Assembly: GCF_001194135.2 (NCBI RefSeq)
Contig: NC_068984.1
Location: 145,418,351-145,469,962, forward strand
Source of the DNA: Octopus bimaculoides
Taxonomy: Eukaryota
Length of the DNA: 51,612 nt
Direction: 5' to 3'
Shown here: piece by piece, positions 49,841-51,612 of the stretch
Position numbering within the stretch: the first letter of the stretch is position 1
Layout: every line of letters starts with the position of its first letter
Program-made: the position numbers and the translations under genes
The notes under the pieces: generated by a model
Database searches by the model: none
Told to the model about the DNA's origin: nothing
Seen by the model: only the letters and a program-made list of their open reading frames with translations

Positions 49841-50559
49841 TTTATTGTCCAATGAATGAGGGGTACTCATAAGTAGGTTGGTTACACCCCACGTTCGGAT
49901 GTGCTTTTAATGCACCACCACCACCACCACCAATTCCATCATCATCATCATCATCATCATTACTATGGTGGAAAGCTGGCAGAATTGTTAGCATGCTGGG
50001 CAAAATGCTCAGCAGCATTTCATCCCTCTCGGGGGTCAATAGATTAAGTACCAGTAGAATACTTGGGTCGATGTAACAACTTACCCCTCCCCTAAAATTG
50101 CTGGCCTTGTGCCAAAATTGATTCAAAGACCATTAACAAAGGAGTAATCTAAGCCATGCAGTGAAACTTGTACACTAAGGTAATTAGTTGAGCTTATAAA
50201 CATGTCTCCAATTAGGGACACCTGTCATAATATATCGTTATTGTGGTTGCTGCTGTTTAGCCCCAGGTCAGCCCTGATTAAGTAAGCAAATCTTTGATCT
50301 AAGCTGTTCCAGCTGAGATCGTCCTCAGCATATCTAACAAATCTCACTTTAATTCTTTGATGCTTGGCTATTTATTTGAGAGAGAGATTTCACAGGTGTT
50401 TCTAGCATCTTGAGCTACCACATGGAAGCCCAGCCACCCCCACCCCCCTCGTTGATCCAGCCTGTCATAATATTGTCTTGCAAAGAATGAGACACACAAA
50501 ACGGACATTTACGGAGTTCATGTATTCTTTGACGAAATTCTTTTACCTTTATTTTTATT

Positions 50560-50925
50560 TTATTCTTTTACTTGTTTCAGTGATTTGACTGCAGCCATGC
50601 TGGAGTACCACCTTTAGCCGAGCAAATCGACCCCAGGACTTATTCTTTGTAAGATTAGTACTCATTCTATCAGTCTCCTTTCCTGAACCGCTAATGTTAC
50701 AGGAACATAAACACACCAGCATCGGTTGTCAAGCAATTGGTGGTGGGGGGACAAACACAGACACACAAACATTCACACACACGGGCTTCTTTCAGTAACC
50801 ATCAACCAAAGCTTTTGTCAGCATGGGGCTGCAGTAGAAGACCCTCACCCAAGGTGTCACTCAACAGAACTGAACCTGAAACCATGCAGTTGAAAAGCAC
50901 ACTTCTTACCGCACAGCCATACCTG
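50560..50925 (-). mobile_element. SINE family B, near full length
   Basis: Both halves are present. Other partial copies lie at about 325-608(-), 8995-9185(-), 10815-10970(-), 28555-28735(+), 29540-29830(+), 29955-30125(+), 31170-31320(+), 37775-37965(+), 38700-38950(-), 39395-39545(-), 40515-40665(-), 41690-41835(-), 44740-44940(-) and 46625-46785(-). Confidence 0.85.
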
Positions 50926-51491
50926 CACCTCCTTTATTTTCTTAAAACATCTATGTGAGACTTGAGAGAGGTTTGGCTGTTATTTCTAGCACATTGAGCA
51001 ACCATCGTCAACCAGTGCTACCATAATATTATCATCTCATTAAGAAGAACACTGGAAGCAAAGGATTTGTGGTGCTCATGCCTTTCCTCAGTCAATCAAT
51101 GAATGGGAAAATCTCTCCCACAAGGAACCATAACAAAGATCACAGACAAGTTCCCACTGCCTCATTCCACCCATGACCAAAACTAACCAATATGATAATA
51201 TTTGGTCAATAAGGTTAATAGGTTAATAGTGTATGTGTGCATGGAGTAGGGTAAGGGATTGATGCAGTAGGCATAAGCAACAGCGTTAATTAGAGCTAGA
51301 GAGATGAAAAGCCAAAAGAAATTAATTAATTAATTATGAAACACAGACTGTCGACTGCCCTCTTACGACTTTCTGTGTGAGATCCAACCTCACTGACATT
51401 GTTGTGTTGTTATCACAATTCCTAATTTTACGTCTGTTTTACATTCACGTTTTCATCATAGCAAATACCAAGCTGTTCATTTTATATACAC

Positions 51492-51532
<41 letters not shown>

Positions 51533-51612
51533 TACATACATGGACATGTATATGAGAGTCTGTATATGCATGCATACATTTATTTATATATACATAGATA
51601 TGTATATATATA

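Overview
AT-rich animal genomic DNA from a gapped draft assembly, with 11 N-runs and very dense (TA)n, (CA)n, (GA)n and (GAT)n microsatellites. The repeat families resemble those of octopus genomes; this is inferred from recalled repeat sequences, not from a search. One gene is well supported: six consecutive, phase-consistent minus-strand coding exons (22599 down to 1169) of a procollagen galactosyltransferase (COLGALT/GLT25D family). Its first coding exon(s) and C-terminal half were not found in the window. The rest is intron or intergenic DNA filled with at least three tRNA-derived SINE families, RTE-clade LINE fragments, an internally deleted Mutator-like element and a hAT-type MITE with an 8-bp TSD. 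The most striking non-coding signal is a set of minimal hammerhead-ribozyme motifs of the Penelope-like-element type. One has the compensatory U3-A8 core inside a diverged inverted repeat, and two are decayed copies. Almost all ORFs in the supplied track are microsatellite or N-gap artefacts. Repeat boundaries are approximate, read by eye.
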